The translations under genes were made by a program, and so were the position numbers. This document shows positions 24,311 through 36,750 of a stretch of 64,000 bases of DNA, one piece after another. Origin of the DNA: Chrysomallon squamiferum (Eukaryota; Animalia; Mollusca). The DNA is taken from assembly GCA_012295275.1 (NCBI GenBank), contig CM022679.1:11656001-11720000 (forward strand), written 5' to 3'. Within the stretch, counting starts at the first letter, position 1, and the number at the start of each line of letters is the position of its first letter. The notes below the pieces were generated by a model. The model worked only from the letters and a program-made list of their open reading frames with translations, was not told the DNA's origin and searched no databases.

Positions 24311-25427
24311 AAGTTATATGAACATTTTTTATACTGGAGGTACTAGTCATTAATTATTTTTAATGTTCTGTAATTTTAATTATAATTTAACTTAATTTCA
24401 CATCAGGCTAAAAGTTTCAGATACAGATTCTCAAAATAAGCCTACATGTATTTATAGTTTCTTTTTTCATGTTTTTAATTATTTTAAATCAACGAATGGC
24501 ATTTTCTTTTTTTTGCTAAAATTTCAGTGACTGATAAAACATGCTAGAGGACTCATTAATACATATATGTACATACAAACAAAACACATACACACATATA
24601 TAAAACATAATAAATAAATAATATAAAATTAAAAGAATAGGAAATTTAAAGATAAAATTAATAAATACTATTTTAAAGAAGTTAAATGGATTTCTGATTA
24701 TTTAACAAAAATAGGCATACAGCTAAAAATACTGAAATGATAAAATTTTATTATAAAATTATTTTTTGAAGTTCTGGAGATTGTGTTAATCTTTATGACT
24801 AAAATAATTATATTAAACAATATTTTAATAAAATAGTTATATGCATTTAAATTTATTTAAAAAACAAAACCAAAAAACATCGATATATTTTGGTTAGTAT
24901 GTAATTAAATCCCAAACCTTAATTTGTTTCCAATAAGAACAACAAAAACAAGTTAGTAAATGCACTTGTTAGAAATAGCAATAAAAAAAGTAATTTATGT
25001 TAATAGATTTGTACTTTAAAAATGTGTTTGTTAAGAAATTCTAATGTAACACACAGTTATATTATAAGCAAACAATTATTAATTAGAAATCTCATTAATT
25101 CAAATACAGAGTTTTGTTAAATAATTAATATGGAGTAATGTGTAATTATGCAATTCAGGTGAAAAAGGTTGATATTATATGAAATGTTAAAGAAAAAAGG
25201 GGAACAAAAAAATTACAACAACAACCATATTCCAGTATTTATGCATTATCAATTGATGATTTAAGAAGAAAGTCGTAAATTTGTTTTTTAAAATCAAAAG
25301 AAAATATTGTTTTAAATTTTATTTCACTGGCATCATTTATGATCTTGTAGTAAAGATAATATAAAGTATTTAAAGCTTATAAAGCACTAAAGTACATTAA
25401 CATGCAAACTGCATATTTACAACAACC

Positions 25428-25500
<73 letters not shown>
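25428..25500. repeat. (AAT)n microsatellite
   Basis: Perfect run. Confidence 0.95.
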
Positions 25501-25598
25501 TGTATGTATCTAAAAGCTTTCACTGAGTCATGCTTTGCTACAATATGATGTAGCCTGCTTCAGAGGGAGCATTCAAAGAAAAAGTTACTGATACATAC

Positions 25599-25669
25599 TG
25601 GTATATGCTGATTCTAGTCTGAAGATATCCCAGAGTTCACAGCGCTTCCCTGTAAATGCTTGAGGGCAC
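25599..25669 (-). CDS. Neuregulin-like precursor, alternative EGF C-terminal exon B (beta-like)
   Basis: cttgctgcttccacctgccag|G acceptor (phase 2). Encodes (K)CPQAFTGKRCELWDIFRLESAYT. A|gtatgt donor (phase 1). Supplies EGF C5-X8-C6 with GxRC. Confidence 0.88.
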
Positions 25670-27010
25670 CTGGCAGGTGGAAGCAGCAAGGTAATATATG
25701 AATAATATTGTGACAGAAAAGATATTTAAATGATAAAAATGATTTCTTTTAAAGTATATATAACAACAAAAAGCTGTACTGCAGGATAAGTTTGCTAGCA
25801 AAATGTCTAGCCCTGACTTACAAACGGTTTTCTTTTTCTTTATTTTAAACAGAGATAAGTAATTATATAAATAAATTAAAAAAAAAAAAAATGTATAATG
25901 ATACAAGTCAAAATCAGTTAATAATTCACCTGTAAGGAAAGAGCTTTATTATCTCAAATGACAATAATAACCCACAAATTGTCAAAAATATTGTTTAAAA
26001 TGATTGAAAACGTTTGCAAGTCACTAATTTACCAAATACAGTTTAGAAAATGGCAGAATCAAGCTTGATATGCACAGACCTAATATTTGAAATAAATATG
26101 TTAAATTTTATATTACTGGTTTCACAATTAGCTTTTTACATATTTTGAAGAAAATAAAGTATAATCTGAAAATCAAGATTCTGAGAATTTCTATTTCTAT
26201 TAATGCTTTTATCATTATAATAACATTAAATGCCTGTTTATAATTTAACTGTTTAAATTCATGTTATCTACTTCTGTAACAGAATCATACTACTTTTATT
26301 ATGCATGCTTATTACTTACAGCAACAGGTCCACTTCATTACATGCTTGATTATGGGTTTTAGTATCAGTGATACAAGTTTTAACACAAAAACATTATTAT
26401 TTTTAAAAACAATGATGGAAACTTGTAGTTTTTGGTACGAAAGGTCTTTGTGTCTACCAAGACTTGCTCTACTCATGGGTGCAAGCAAGCAGTTAAGATT
26501 TGATTAGTATGTGATATGATTAATACATGTCAACCCACACATTTTCAAGTTCAATTTAACAACTGATCTTTGAACATGGCACATGCTATGAAAACTGAAA
26601 TTTCAGTATCATTGTAATGAAGGATATTAAATATAATCTACGAAATAATATAGAATGTTTTTTTTTGTGTTATTTTGGTGTTTTTTAAATTATTATTATT
26701 ATTATTTCCAGTATATAATTTGCTTATTATTTGAAAAAAAAAAAAAAAAAAAAAATGCACTCAATAACAAAATAAGTTAATGCATAACAAAAATGAAAAA
26801 ATAAATAAAAATAATAGTAAAATGAATATTAAATTAAAATATATTAAGTTATGAACAAAACTGATATTAAAATAAACCAATAAGTGAATAATTAAAATAT
26901 GAAAAATTAAAAAAAAAAAAAAATTAAGGAAATAAATAAAGCAAGAAACAAACAAAACAACATGCATTAATTTAATCAAACATAAAATTAAATAAAATTA
27001 GCTTTCATCC

Positions 27011-27069
<59 letters not shown>

Positions 27070-27090
27070 CAATAATAATAATATAATAAT
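27011..27090. repeat. (AAT)n microsatellite, slightly interrupted
   Basis: Directly visible. Confidence 0.9.
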
Positions 27091-27499
27091 AGTAACAGAA
27101 ATTAAATCACTGTAATCTTTAATCTTAATAATAATATAATCTTTGCACTCTTACAAAAATCTATTCACCATTTAAATGTCAAGTTTTGTTGCTTATCTTG
27201 CTTTTACGAACAATATAACTTCAAACTCGAAAATATAAAAATAAAAAAAATAAAAAAAAATAAAAATATGCTCTTTCCTTTTATACAGTGCCAATTTCTT
27301 AATTATATATTTCAAAGCATAAAATTATTTGATAAAAAACTTGAGAAAAAAAAAATTAAAAAAGAATCATGCAGATGCATTCCATGTTTCTGTTGGAGAA
27401 AACTCTTGTTATCACTTTTTTGAACTAAATCTAAGCTGGCCATGCTAAAGATCACTGTTGGTATTGAACCTGTTTTGAAGAAATGGAGATTTCTCCTAC

Positions 27500-27567
27500 C
27501 AACACCGGCTATTACTTCTGGGGCCTCTAACAGCTCACAGCGAGTGCCTTCAAATGCACTTGCACAT
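27500..27567 (-). CDS. Neuregulin-like precursor, alternative EGF C-terminal exon A (alpha-like)
   Basis: tttcacag|A acceptor (phase 2). Encodes (K)CASAFEGTRCELLEAPEVIAGV. G|gtagga donor (phase 1). Supplies EGF C5-X8-C6 with GxRC. Confidence 0.88.
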
Positions 27568-29647
27568 CTGTGAAATCAGCATTATTGTTAATAATATCAA
27601 AACTAATACCCAGTAACTGACATAGAAAATCCTCATTTATAAATATATATATATAAAACTTTCAGTGAATATTTATTAAAAAAAAAAAAAAAAATTGAAA
27701 AAATGAATCTGTTTTGTACCAAATTGTTTTTAAGTATTAAAATAGTTGTAAGGAAGAATTATTATTCATATTATTATTTTATTTATTTATTTATTTTACT
27801 GATTTTTTTTTTTACATTAAAATTTTTCATCTGTATTTCCTAATAAATATGCATGTACACTTTTAATTTTTTATACACATTTTAACATTCAGATACTGTA
27901 GTTTTTGTATCTGTTATCTGCATGTCTTTATCAGTGCACTGCTTTTCTTTAACAATTTGTCTGAGATTAAACACAGTTTAATGTATCTAGTTAAATAATT
28001 CAACTGTTATGCACTGCACCAAGATTTCTGTAATATCAAATTATATATTCTGAATGTTAGAGTATCTTCTACTTCTGAACATTAATACATAATTTTCTCT
28101 TTAAATTTCTTTTTTAAATTTTTGTTTCAAAAATAGTTATTTAACATTTGGTGTGCTTGTAATGTAATTTTTTAATATTTTGATTGCATATTGATAGACT
28201 GTTATTTTTGCAGGAATTTAGCTGATACCAAAGTTAAGCAGAAAAAAATATTTAATAAAACTTTGTAAAATTCAACTTCATTTTACATTCATTTTAAGAT
28301 ATTTGCATAATAACTACCGCTAAATTTCCAGTCATTGTTAATTCTTGTTATATAATACATATACAGAATGAATTTTTAATGACACCTCAAAACATTTTAC
28401 ATCTTATATTAACCACTGTTAGATTTTTTTATAATGATAGTATTGGATTTGATAAACCAGTCATATGGCTGCTGGTTGTAAGAGAAACTAGCCCCATGAG
28501 TCTTCTAAAAATGATTGTTTCAATAATCTATCTCTCCCAGATGAATGTTCCCTCATATCCAATAAGATATCGTTTATGGTTAAGTCTGGGAGAGGATAAT
28601 ATAGCTCCAACACTTTCATGAATTCCAATATTTGCATGTCTTGTTTTGTGTACTGGTAAGGTTGATGTCTTAAATGTTTAACTTTTTCTTTACATTTTAA
28701 ATTAAAATGAGACAGTGGGAGGTAATGAATATAGTAACTAAAACAAAAATTTTAAATAGCTTGCAAGAATTTCTGTCTTTGGCAATTTCACCTAGACATA
28801 TCTGAGTAAGAGAATGTATCCATTCCCATGGGAATGTATTAAAATACATGTCTATTATTTTAAAACAATTTGTAAAAATATCTCTGCCATTAAGATTGTT
28901 TGGTTTAGACATTAGTTAAGTGGACAGAAAGACTGCAACATTATTATTTTTCAAGTCATCCCCTGAACAATATTGAGATTATGAAAGATTTTGGTGTTAA
29001 TTTTTTGGTTAAAGTTATAGATCCTTCCTGCAACTCTATAAGCAAAAGTAGTAACATTAAATTATATTAATTGATAATACTAATGTATTTGAGTGTCATT
29101 AACTATTCATTCATTTTAACATTCTTATGAAATTTTCTAAAGTTAAATATCATTTCATTACAGAAAATAAGTAGCAGAAGTATTATCATTTTAAATTTTT
29201 TATTTTAAATACCAAAATAGAAAACTGAAAGGATGTTTATATACATTTTGTGTGGCATTAATATTCAAAAACTGTTTCAACAGTATATATTTGAAATGTA
29301 AAAACAAAATTATCATTTTATATGTAATAACAATTAAAAATATGTATAATGAATACAAAATAAAGTAAAAATCAAAAACAACAATAAAAACCCCAAACAA
29401 AAATATGCTGGTAATATTGCAGTGATAAATTAAAATAAAATTCAAACAGTTTTATAATCGTAAATGAAAAATAAATTAAAAAGAACAAACAACTCAAATT
29501 AGAATACAAAGAAGAAATGAAGAACAATAAAGTGAAAAATAGAATATACACAATATAGATATATAAAAATAATGAACTTCAAAACTGCACACTAATTTAA
29601 CCAGTTCTACCATATTTATATTTTTATTTTTTTTATATAAGGCTTGC

Positions 29648-29654
<7 letters not shown>

Positions 29655-29705
<51 letters not shown>

Positions 29706-29712
29706 CCCCCCT

Positions 29713-29757
<45 letters not shown>
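29655..29757. repeat. (CT)n microsatellite with a C-rich interruption
   Basis: Directly visible; source of spurious ER-repeat ORF 29494-29769. Confidence 0.95.
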
Positions 29758-29760
<3 letters not shown>

Positions 29761-29861
29761 CACACGCAATATATTCTATGAAAAAACAATGTTAAAAGAT
29801 ATTACTAATACTGATTAAAATTCAGCATTTAAATAATTACTTGCATGTGCTAGTTACTTAC

Positions 29862-29967
29862 TTGCAGACATCTACTTTTAACTTTGGTATGTGGAAGCAT
29901 GTTCCTCCATTCAGACAATATGTCTGAGATTTGCATTGTGGAGTTGAGGATGATATTGATATTGCAA
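29862..29967 (-). CDS. Neuregulin-like precursor, EGF N-terminal exon (C1-C4)
   Basis: tttcag|TT acceptor (phase 1). Encodes AISISSSTPQCKSQTYCLNGGTCFHIPKLKVDVC(K). AA|gtaagt donor. An intron between EGF C4 and C5 is the hallmark of ErbB/EGFR ligands. Confidence 0.93.
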
Positions 29968-32900
29968 CTGAAATAAATAGAAAAAACTAAACTTAAATGA
30001 TAATCAATAATGCATGTCAAAAAATGTTTTTCAACATATAAAGATAAAACCAACCAATAAAAAACAACAAACCCCCCCCAACAACTCTGGAACAGAGAGA
30101 TAAAAGTTAATTCTTAATTATGATTTTGCCATTATTTAAAATTATTCAAACTCTTTGTTACTCAATGGGCATGCTTTTGACATCATGAAGCCTTTATGTG
30201 CAACCTTCTCATAGAAGTCTGGTACTCCAGCTAAGAACTACTGGCAGGAATGGAATCTTGCACAATGGAAACACAGAACACATTATATTTTTATATACCC
30301 CAGGAGAATGTTTAATCAATAATAAATAAAAAAAATTAAAAGTCAGATATGATTTAAATGTTATACAAACTGTGTTTAAAAACACATAGTTGTATTGATG
30401 AGATCCTTTTTTCTTTCATCTTTCTTTCTGTTTTTTTTTTCTTAACCTAAATAAATTAAATTATTTTGTAACAGTTGATTAAAACTTGCTAAATTAATTC
30501 TTTTGATATTTGCTAAATTAGGTTTCAGAAAAATTCACAAAGAAAACCCCTACAAAAAACCAGCTACTGATTGGAACAGGTCTAGGGTTAGAATGAATCC
30601 TTAATTACTTGACAATATTAACAGGTGTTATTGTCATGGCAGCATTTCCAAATACTAAATCATACCTCAAAGTGGCACTGAGCCAAATTTGCATTCATAC
30701 AAATATTGATCATGTCCATTACCCCAAATCAAACCATTTCTAAACCAAACAAGTTAGAATTGCCATTTTGAAAATTTGTATTATTGTGTTAGTGCATCAA
30801 ACACAACAATGAAATATCACTTGGTTCATTTGTTCACCATGCAAAACTTTATTTTATTTTGTGTTTGCTTCATTACAGTATTTAATGTTTTTCATTAGAA
30901 AGCTAAATGTCTCTGATGTCTGACATTGATTTGCTGTCATCGACGGGCTGAGAAACGGCAAGCACACACATCACGTACATATTGACCAATAATACTTCAT
31001 TACCCACTCTCCTTCAATTGCCATGAGCAACACTTGCTTCCTGGATCGAGAAATTGATTAGTAATATGATAAAGATTTAATATGAATATACACATTTTGT
31101 CTATATTTGTGTAAGTGTTTGTTGAATGGGAGAATGAGTGGCATCATATAACAAGTCATCAATAACAGGAGGAGGGATGAACATTTTATAAAACTTTTCT
31201 GTTTGATGCCCTTCAGTGGCTGCTTTAGATCCTTTGATCATTTAGTACATACATACATATTTACATATGTACACACACATATACACATGTACATACATTT
31301 GATGCACACACACACACACACATTTGTACAATCATATATTACATTTGATGGTTAATAATGATTACACATACATGTACACTGAAATAGAAAAAAATATATT
31401 AAATGATAATCAATAATGAATTTTAAAAATATATCATAAAGGAAACAAAGACAGACAAAAGTGAAGTCTCAATCAAGAGAATAAAATTTTTGCAGTTTTT
31501 ATGAACTGTGAAGACACACACACAAATACACACTATCTATCTCTCTCTTTCTCTGTATAAATATTGTACAATAAATCAGTCACTTTTAAAAACAAGGAAT
31601 TAAAAAATTGTTAATTTCATGTGTTCAGTTTTATCTCAGTGAAACATACGCATATGGAAAAAAACAGGGGCAAAAAATTAGAGATTAGTAATAACACTGA
31701 TAGTTATATAAAAACTTAAAAACCAAAAACATTCTCAATATGAAACCATTAAAGCTTGTAGATATACAGGTGTATGTGTGTGTGTGTGTGTATGTTTTTT
31801 AGCATGATAAAACATGTCATCAACAATAGATAGTAAACATATACTGCATATAAACTACAACATTACCTATCAGACTGACTGACTGTCATTGTAATTTTAC
31901 TAACTTTATCATTATATGATTTCAGATTTCTATTTACTTTTTTTTTTTTATGTCTCTGGCAAGGATACTTAAGTAATACATAATGAGATAAACCAGAAGA
32001 AAAAACATTCTTAAACAGCAATGTATCTCTTAATATGTTGATATGAATGGTGCAAAATCTTGGAGCACTTTAAGACAAAATGTGTTATCTTTCAATTTGG
32101 AATTTTCATATCTCCATCAGACACCCAAGTAGAATCTATTTTTGAACTAGTAGATTACATGTAGATGTATTGCCCAAATGAACATTTTCGATGTGTCCCT
32201 TAAAACAAAAAACAAAGATGGTACTGTTTTTATGATATTAAGTAGGTGTGAAAACCAACAGATAGACAGACGTATTTTGAAGTGGAGTAGATAAATTTGT
32301 CTGACTGATCCTCAGGGAAGATGTAATTTCTCTACAACACAACATTTTAATGTAATTCTTCTGTAAGAAAAAGAAAAAAAGGAAAGCAGTTTGTATCAAT
32401 TTCAAATTATGAGTCCTTTGTATCAGATACAAGATTCAAAAGTTGTAAAGTTTATGTGGCAAAATATACCTTTAATGTTCTTGAAATAAAAAAGGCCAAT
32501 CTGTTTAATTCATTTGTTCACATTATAAACCATTCTATCATCAAATAAAAAATAAATGTAGCTGTAAGACAGTAAATCTGATAAACTGCACAAATAGTAT
32601 TGATGATTAGAATTCAGTATTGAAGTAATTACATGTATGTGGAAAATTCTTCCTGACAGTTTAAGTATATGTTGTATACAGCTGTTTTATGCTTTTTCAC
32701 TAGCTGGTAATTTTATTCCAGAACTGAATCATTCCTAATCACCTAACACAGTGTTAATTACTGAATTAATGTCATATTTTGTTATTTTTATGTAGTTAAC
32801 CATAATCAGGATGAAGACAGCTAGTCAATGAATGTACCTGTGTTAACTGATCAAATCAAAATTATTTGCAAATGTACTATCTTATCTCAAATAATCCAAA

Positions 32901-34457
32901 ACGACTTAATTCTAATTCTTTATCTACTACATTTTGAGTTATATTTATTCAGTCATCTGCAATGTCTACTCTAACATACCAAACATCAGTATCATTAATT
33001 ATGAAAGGAAGTACAAAAATACTTTTTTCAAAACATTCAAAGGTAGTTGGAATTGTAAACAGCGTAAGAAATTTGTCCAGTCAGCTAAGTAATTGTCAAG
33101 TTCTGTTTTAATGGTAAAATGAATTGTAATCAACAAGCCTAGTTAACATAAATTATCATGTTACTGGAGGTAAAAAAAAAAAGATAAAAAAAATATGCAG
33201 GAAAAGGCAAGTATTATGAACAGATTTAAATCTTATCTCCAATCTTGGACATGACATTGCTTTTGATGGAAGGCCATCTTTGGCAGTAATTTAGGATTAA
33301 AAATAAAATTTAATAGTGCTTCAAGCAAAAATTAACTCCAAGACTAAGTGTGAAAAACATATTAGTTACAATTTATTGATCCTGCTTTACTTTTTTGTAG
33401 CTAAATATGTTTTTTCATCTACTATTTTTTTTAACAAAAAAAAAGAAAAAAATGAAACAACAAACAAACAAAACAAAAAATGTTTTCCTATTAACACAAA
33501 ACTTATTTTATTTTTAAAGACTGAAAACCTTTGGCAGTTATTTGATTTCACAAAATTTGTCTATTTTTCACAAGATCTATCTCTATCTGTTTTCACGGAG
33601 TCTATCTATTGCATCTTCCTTTCTCTGCCTCATCAAATAAACTCTAAAATTGTGATGTTTATTTTATTTTGTATGCAAGTATATACACAAGCTAAAATGT
33701 TAATAAACAATTTGTTTCTTAATCTTTTCATTCAGAATAATGTTTATAAAAAGGTAGCTCATTTAGAGAAGTAAAATATTTATGAATTGTCTCATTTCTA
33801 CTTTGTATATTTATATAAAATCCACTTAAAGAAAAAAAAAGAGAGAAGAAGAAAAAGGAAAAGAAATGTTCTACAGAAAAATGTATAATTTATTTTTTAA
33901 TTTACATGATTACGATAAAAAACAAGACAACACGTTTTTGAAGCAATGATAATATCTGAAGTGAATAGTTCTAAAAGAAACACAGATGATAATAAAAATA
34001 AACGAGATATTGAATTGAAAAATAAAAAAATAAAAAATACAGAAAGAATGAAATGAAGCTTGTGTCAAGTGGTTGAGAGGAAGAAAAAAAATTAAAAAAA
34101 AAAAGAAAAAAAGATGCAACCGGTATCAAGTGGTGAAAAATGACTTGCTTTTCATCAAAGACTGTTTATCTGCTATAAAAAGCTCCATCAAACATGTTGA
34201 AAACTCATCAAAGTTGTGTTGTTGGCCAAACTAGATGAGTTGATGAAACAGAGTTATCTCCAGTGATGACAAACAAACACATAATAGAGCATCGTGCTGC
34301 ATGCATCTTCACTTCTGTACAGAAGGTTAAACCATATAATGTTAAACATACAAACTATCTCCCCACTGATGAATCTTCCAGCCTCCACTTGCAACATGAG
34401 AGAAAAAAGGTTACCAGCAGTCAGCAAGTGCTTCAATCAAAAGCTAAACATTTATAT

Positions 34458-34494
<37 letters not shown>

Positions 34495-35114
34495 TTTATT
34501 TTTATTTTGTTTTAAATTTAAATATAATACCCAAGAATGTCAAAAAGAGAAATACCCAAATTAAGCCTTTTATGATCAGAGTACCTGAAATCAAGATATA
34601 TGAGAGTACCAACAAGGTTCTATTAAAAATGTAAAAAGTCTGCCTTTAATAATTAACTGGTTTATTCTCAGGATGTCCATTGGATATTGAGTTTTTAAGA
34701 AAAGAAAACATAATGTAGCTGTCAATATCTCTTTGGTCTATCTTGGGAATATAATTAATTCTTGTGTCTTTAAGGAATAAAATCTAAGTGTAATTGTCAG
34801 TAACCTTATAAAATGAAATGAAATTTGCATTGATTTTTATGTCCACATATACAGAGAAAAGAAACAGATTGTGACAGGGTGTTTAAAAGCATTTAAGTGA
34901 TGTGATGGGTGTATTAGTATCAGTTAGCTTTCATGTATTTACTGAGTTTTTCACATTGTGGCAAGGTTGTGTTTTTTTAGGGGTTTTTTGTCTGCAATAA
35001 AATATGTACAAAAGAAAAAGTATTGATACTAATTAGTAGGAGTAGGCATGAACAAAAGATAGTTAGATGCCATTATATCATGAAGAGACTGAAGTGAAAA
35101 ATATATATATTTAA

Positions 35115-35390
35115 TGACATTGTTGTAACACCTTTAATCTCTAATTATATAGCATCAGAAAATTGGTTAACTGTAATAGGAATTGTTTTGTGCCAAGTAA
35201 TTGGCTCTTCTTTTTAAATTAGCAACAAGGATTTATTGATATAAACCTTCCCATAGACAGGAAAACCACATGCTATGGTATTTTTCTTTATACAGTGTGA
35301 GACATTGGCTTGTGCAGGAAATAGCACAGTGAGAGTAGTTAAAAGGATTGATCTTTTGACCAGACACAGCTCTGACCAGTGATGCTCAAA
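35115..35390 (-). mobile_element. Degraded SINE-like dispersed repeat
   Basis: Core agcaacaagg...ccttcccatagacaggaaaacc (35221-35267) recurs in diverged form at about 37000-37040, 41241-41283 and 50547-50595, and inverted at about 58344-58380; boundaries approximate. Confidence 0.6.
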
Positions 35391-36594
35391 TAATCAACAA
35401 TCTATTGACCATAAAATGAGAAAATCTTTTCTAGTCTTTTCAAACAAGAAAATAAAAAACTGTAAATGTACATAAAAATATAAAATATTTAGTTTTATAA
35501 AATAAAAATGACCTACAGAAAATTATAAAGAAAGAATTAAAAAAATTAAAATAATAACTGAAATTACAGTATAAAACAATATTCACTGTAAATTCAGACA
35601 TGCAATTATAAACATCAAGAGTGCTGTTTAGAGAATTACGATGTAAAACTTTTATTTATAAGCAAAATCTGAAATACAGAGATCCAGTCTTCCAAACACT
35701 GTTTTAAGTGATGTTTATTTCAATTTGCTTTAGCAAACACATATAATGGTTCCATCATCTATCGGTCTTCAGTTGTAGGTGAAAAACCTGGAAAGCTGTC
35801 TGGACTCAGTAAACAGAGTCAACCCATTTTTGTAGTCTCTCCCCCCCTACACCCTGGCATCCTTCCCACCGAGCTCTGTACTGGGTGCCCTGTGCCATGT
35901 GTGAGCAGGGAACACATATCTGTGCCAAGACATATGAAGAAGATTTGTACAGATCATTTGGCATGCGTCATTACATGTGTATCACTTTTTAGCATGCTCG
36001 ACTTCTGGTCAGTGTCATCCAAGTGCATACAGTTTTTGTCATTTTGGAAAGTAGTTGGCATCAGAAAATGTAAACATTTAAAATGGGATTGTTTAAGAAA
36101 CTGTTTTCTTTGATGTCCTGTGGTAGTGAACTTGAACGAACTTTCTGTGTGTGAAAGTAAGGCAGAGAAGACATATTAACTCCATTATTATATGAAATGA
36201 ACATTTGCCATTCATTGATTGAGCATAAATTTCATCAAATTTAATTTTTATTGAATAAAGGTAAAGAAATGACTTCCATCTTTATCTTTAATAAATATGA
36301 AAACTTCAATGACATCTAATGTTAAAATGATATAATGTTAAATATTAATTCATTCAAGATTCACGACAGATACAATACTATACGTAAGATGAAAGTACCA
36401 CCTGTACATTTAAGAATTGAGTAATTTACTACAGTTATCTGTGACTGATTTAGTTTGAGTAAATTGTTCCTTGTCCTTTGAAAAGTAAAAACATTTAATA
36501 TTTTAAGAAGATTACATGTAACCAAGAGGAGAAAAATAATAGAAATTATTAGTTACTAATTTCTTGGATTCTTTTATAAAATGAAAAGTTATTA

Positions 36595-36750
36595 TAGATA
36601 TCTAGAAACCAACCTGTTATTCAGGTTGTGACAGAATGCTGTGCCTTTAACTTCTGTTATGAAATGAAAAACTATTATATATATATATATATATATATAT
36701 ATCTAGAAACCAGTTTGTTAATCAGGATGTGATAGAATGTTGTGCCTTTA
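36595..36750. repeat. Diverged ~55-bp direct repeat pair separated by (TA)n
   Basis: atatctagaaaccaacctgttattcaggttgtgacagaatgctgtgcctttaa versus atatctagaaaccagtttgttaatcaggatgtgatagaatgttgtgcctttaa. Confidence 0.85.

Noticed and set aside
25555-25686. CTGCTTC/GAAGCAG pairing that could loop out exon B
   Set aside because: Only 7 bp, which is expected by chance.
860-29967. Idea that the neighbouring FUT fucosylates the neuregulin EGF domain
   Set aside because: EGF O-fucosylation is done by POFUT1 (GT65), while FUT10/11 are reported to act on EMI domains. Adjacency in a eukaryote does not imply an enzyme-substrate pair.
31005-31041. 37-nt AG..GT-bounded segment upstream of the EGF exon
   Set aside because: Frameshifting if included and not EGF-like.
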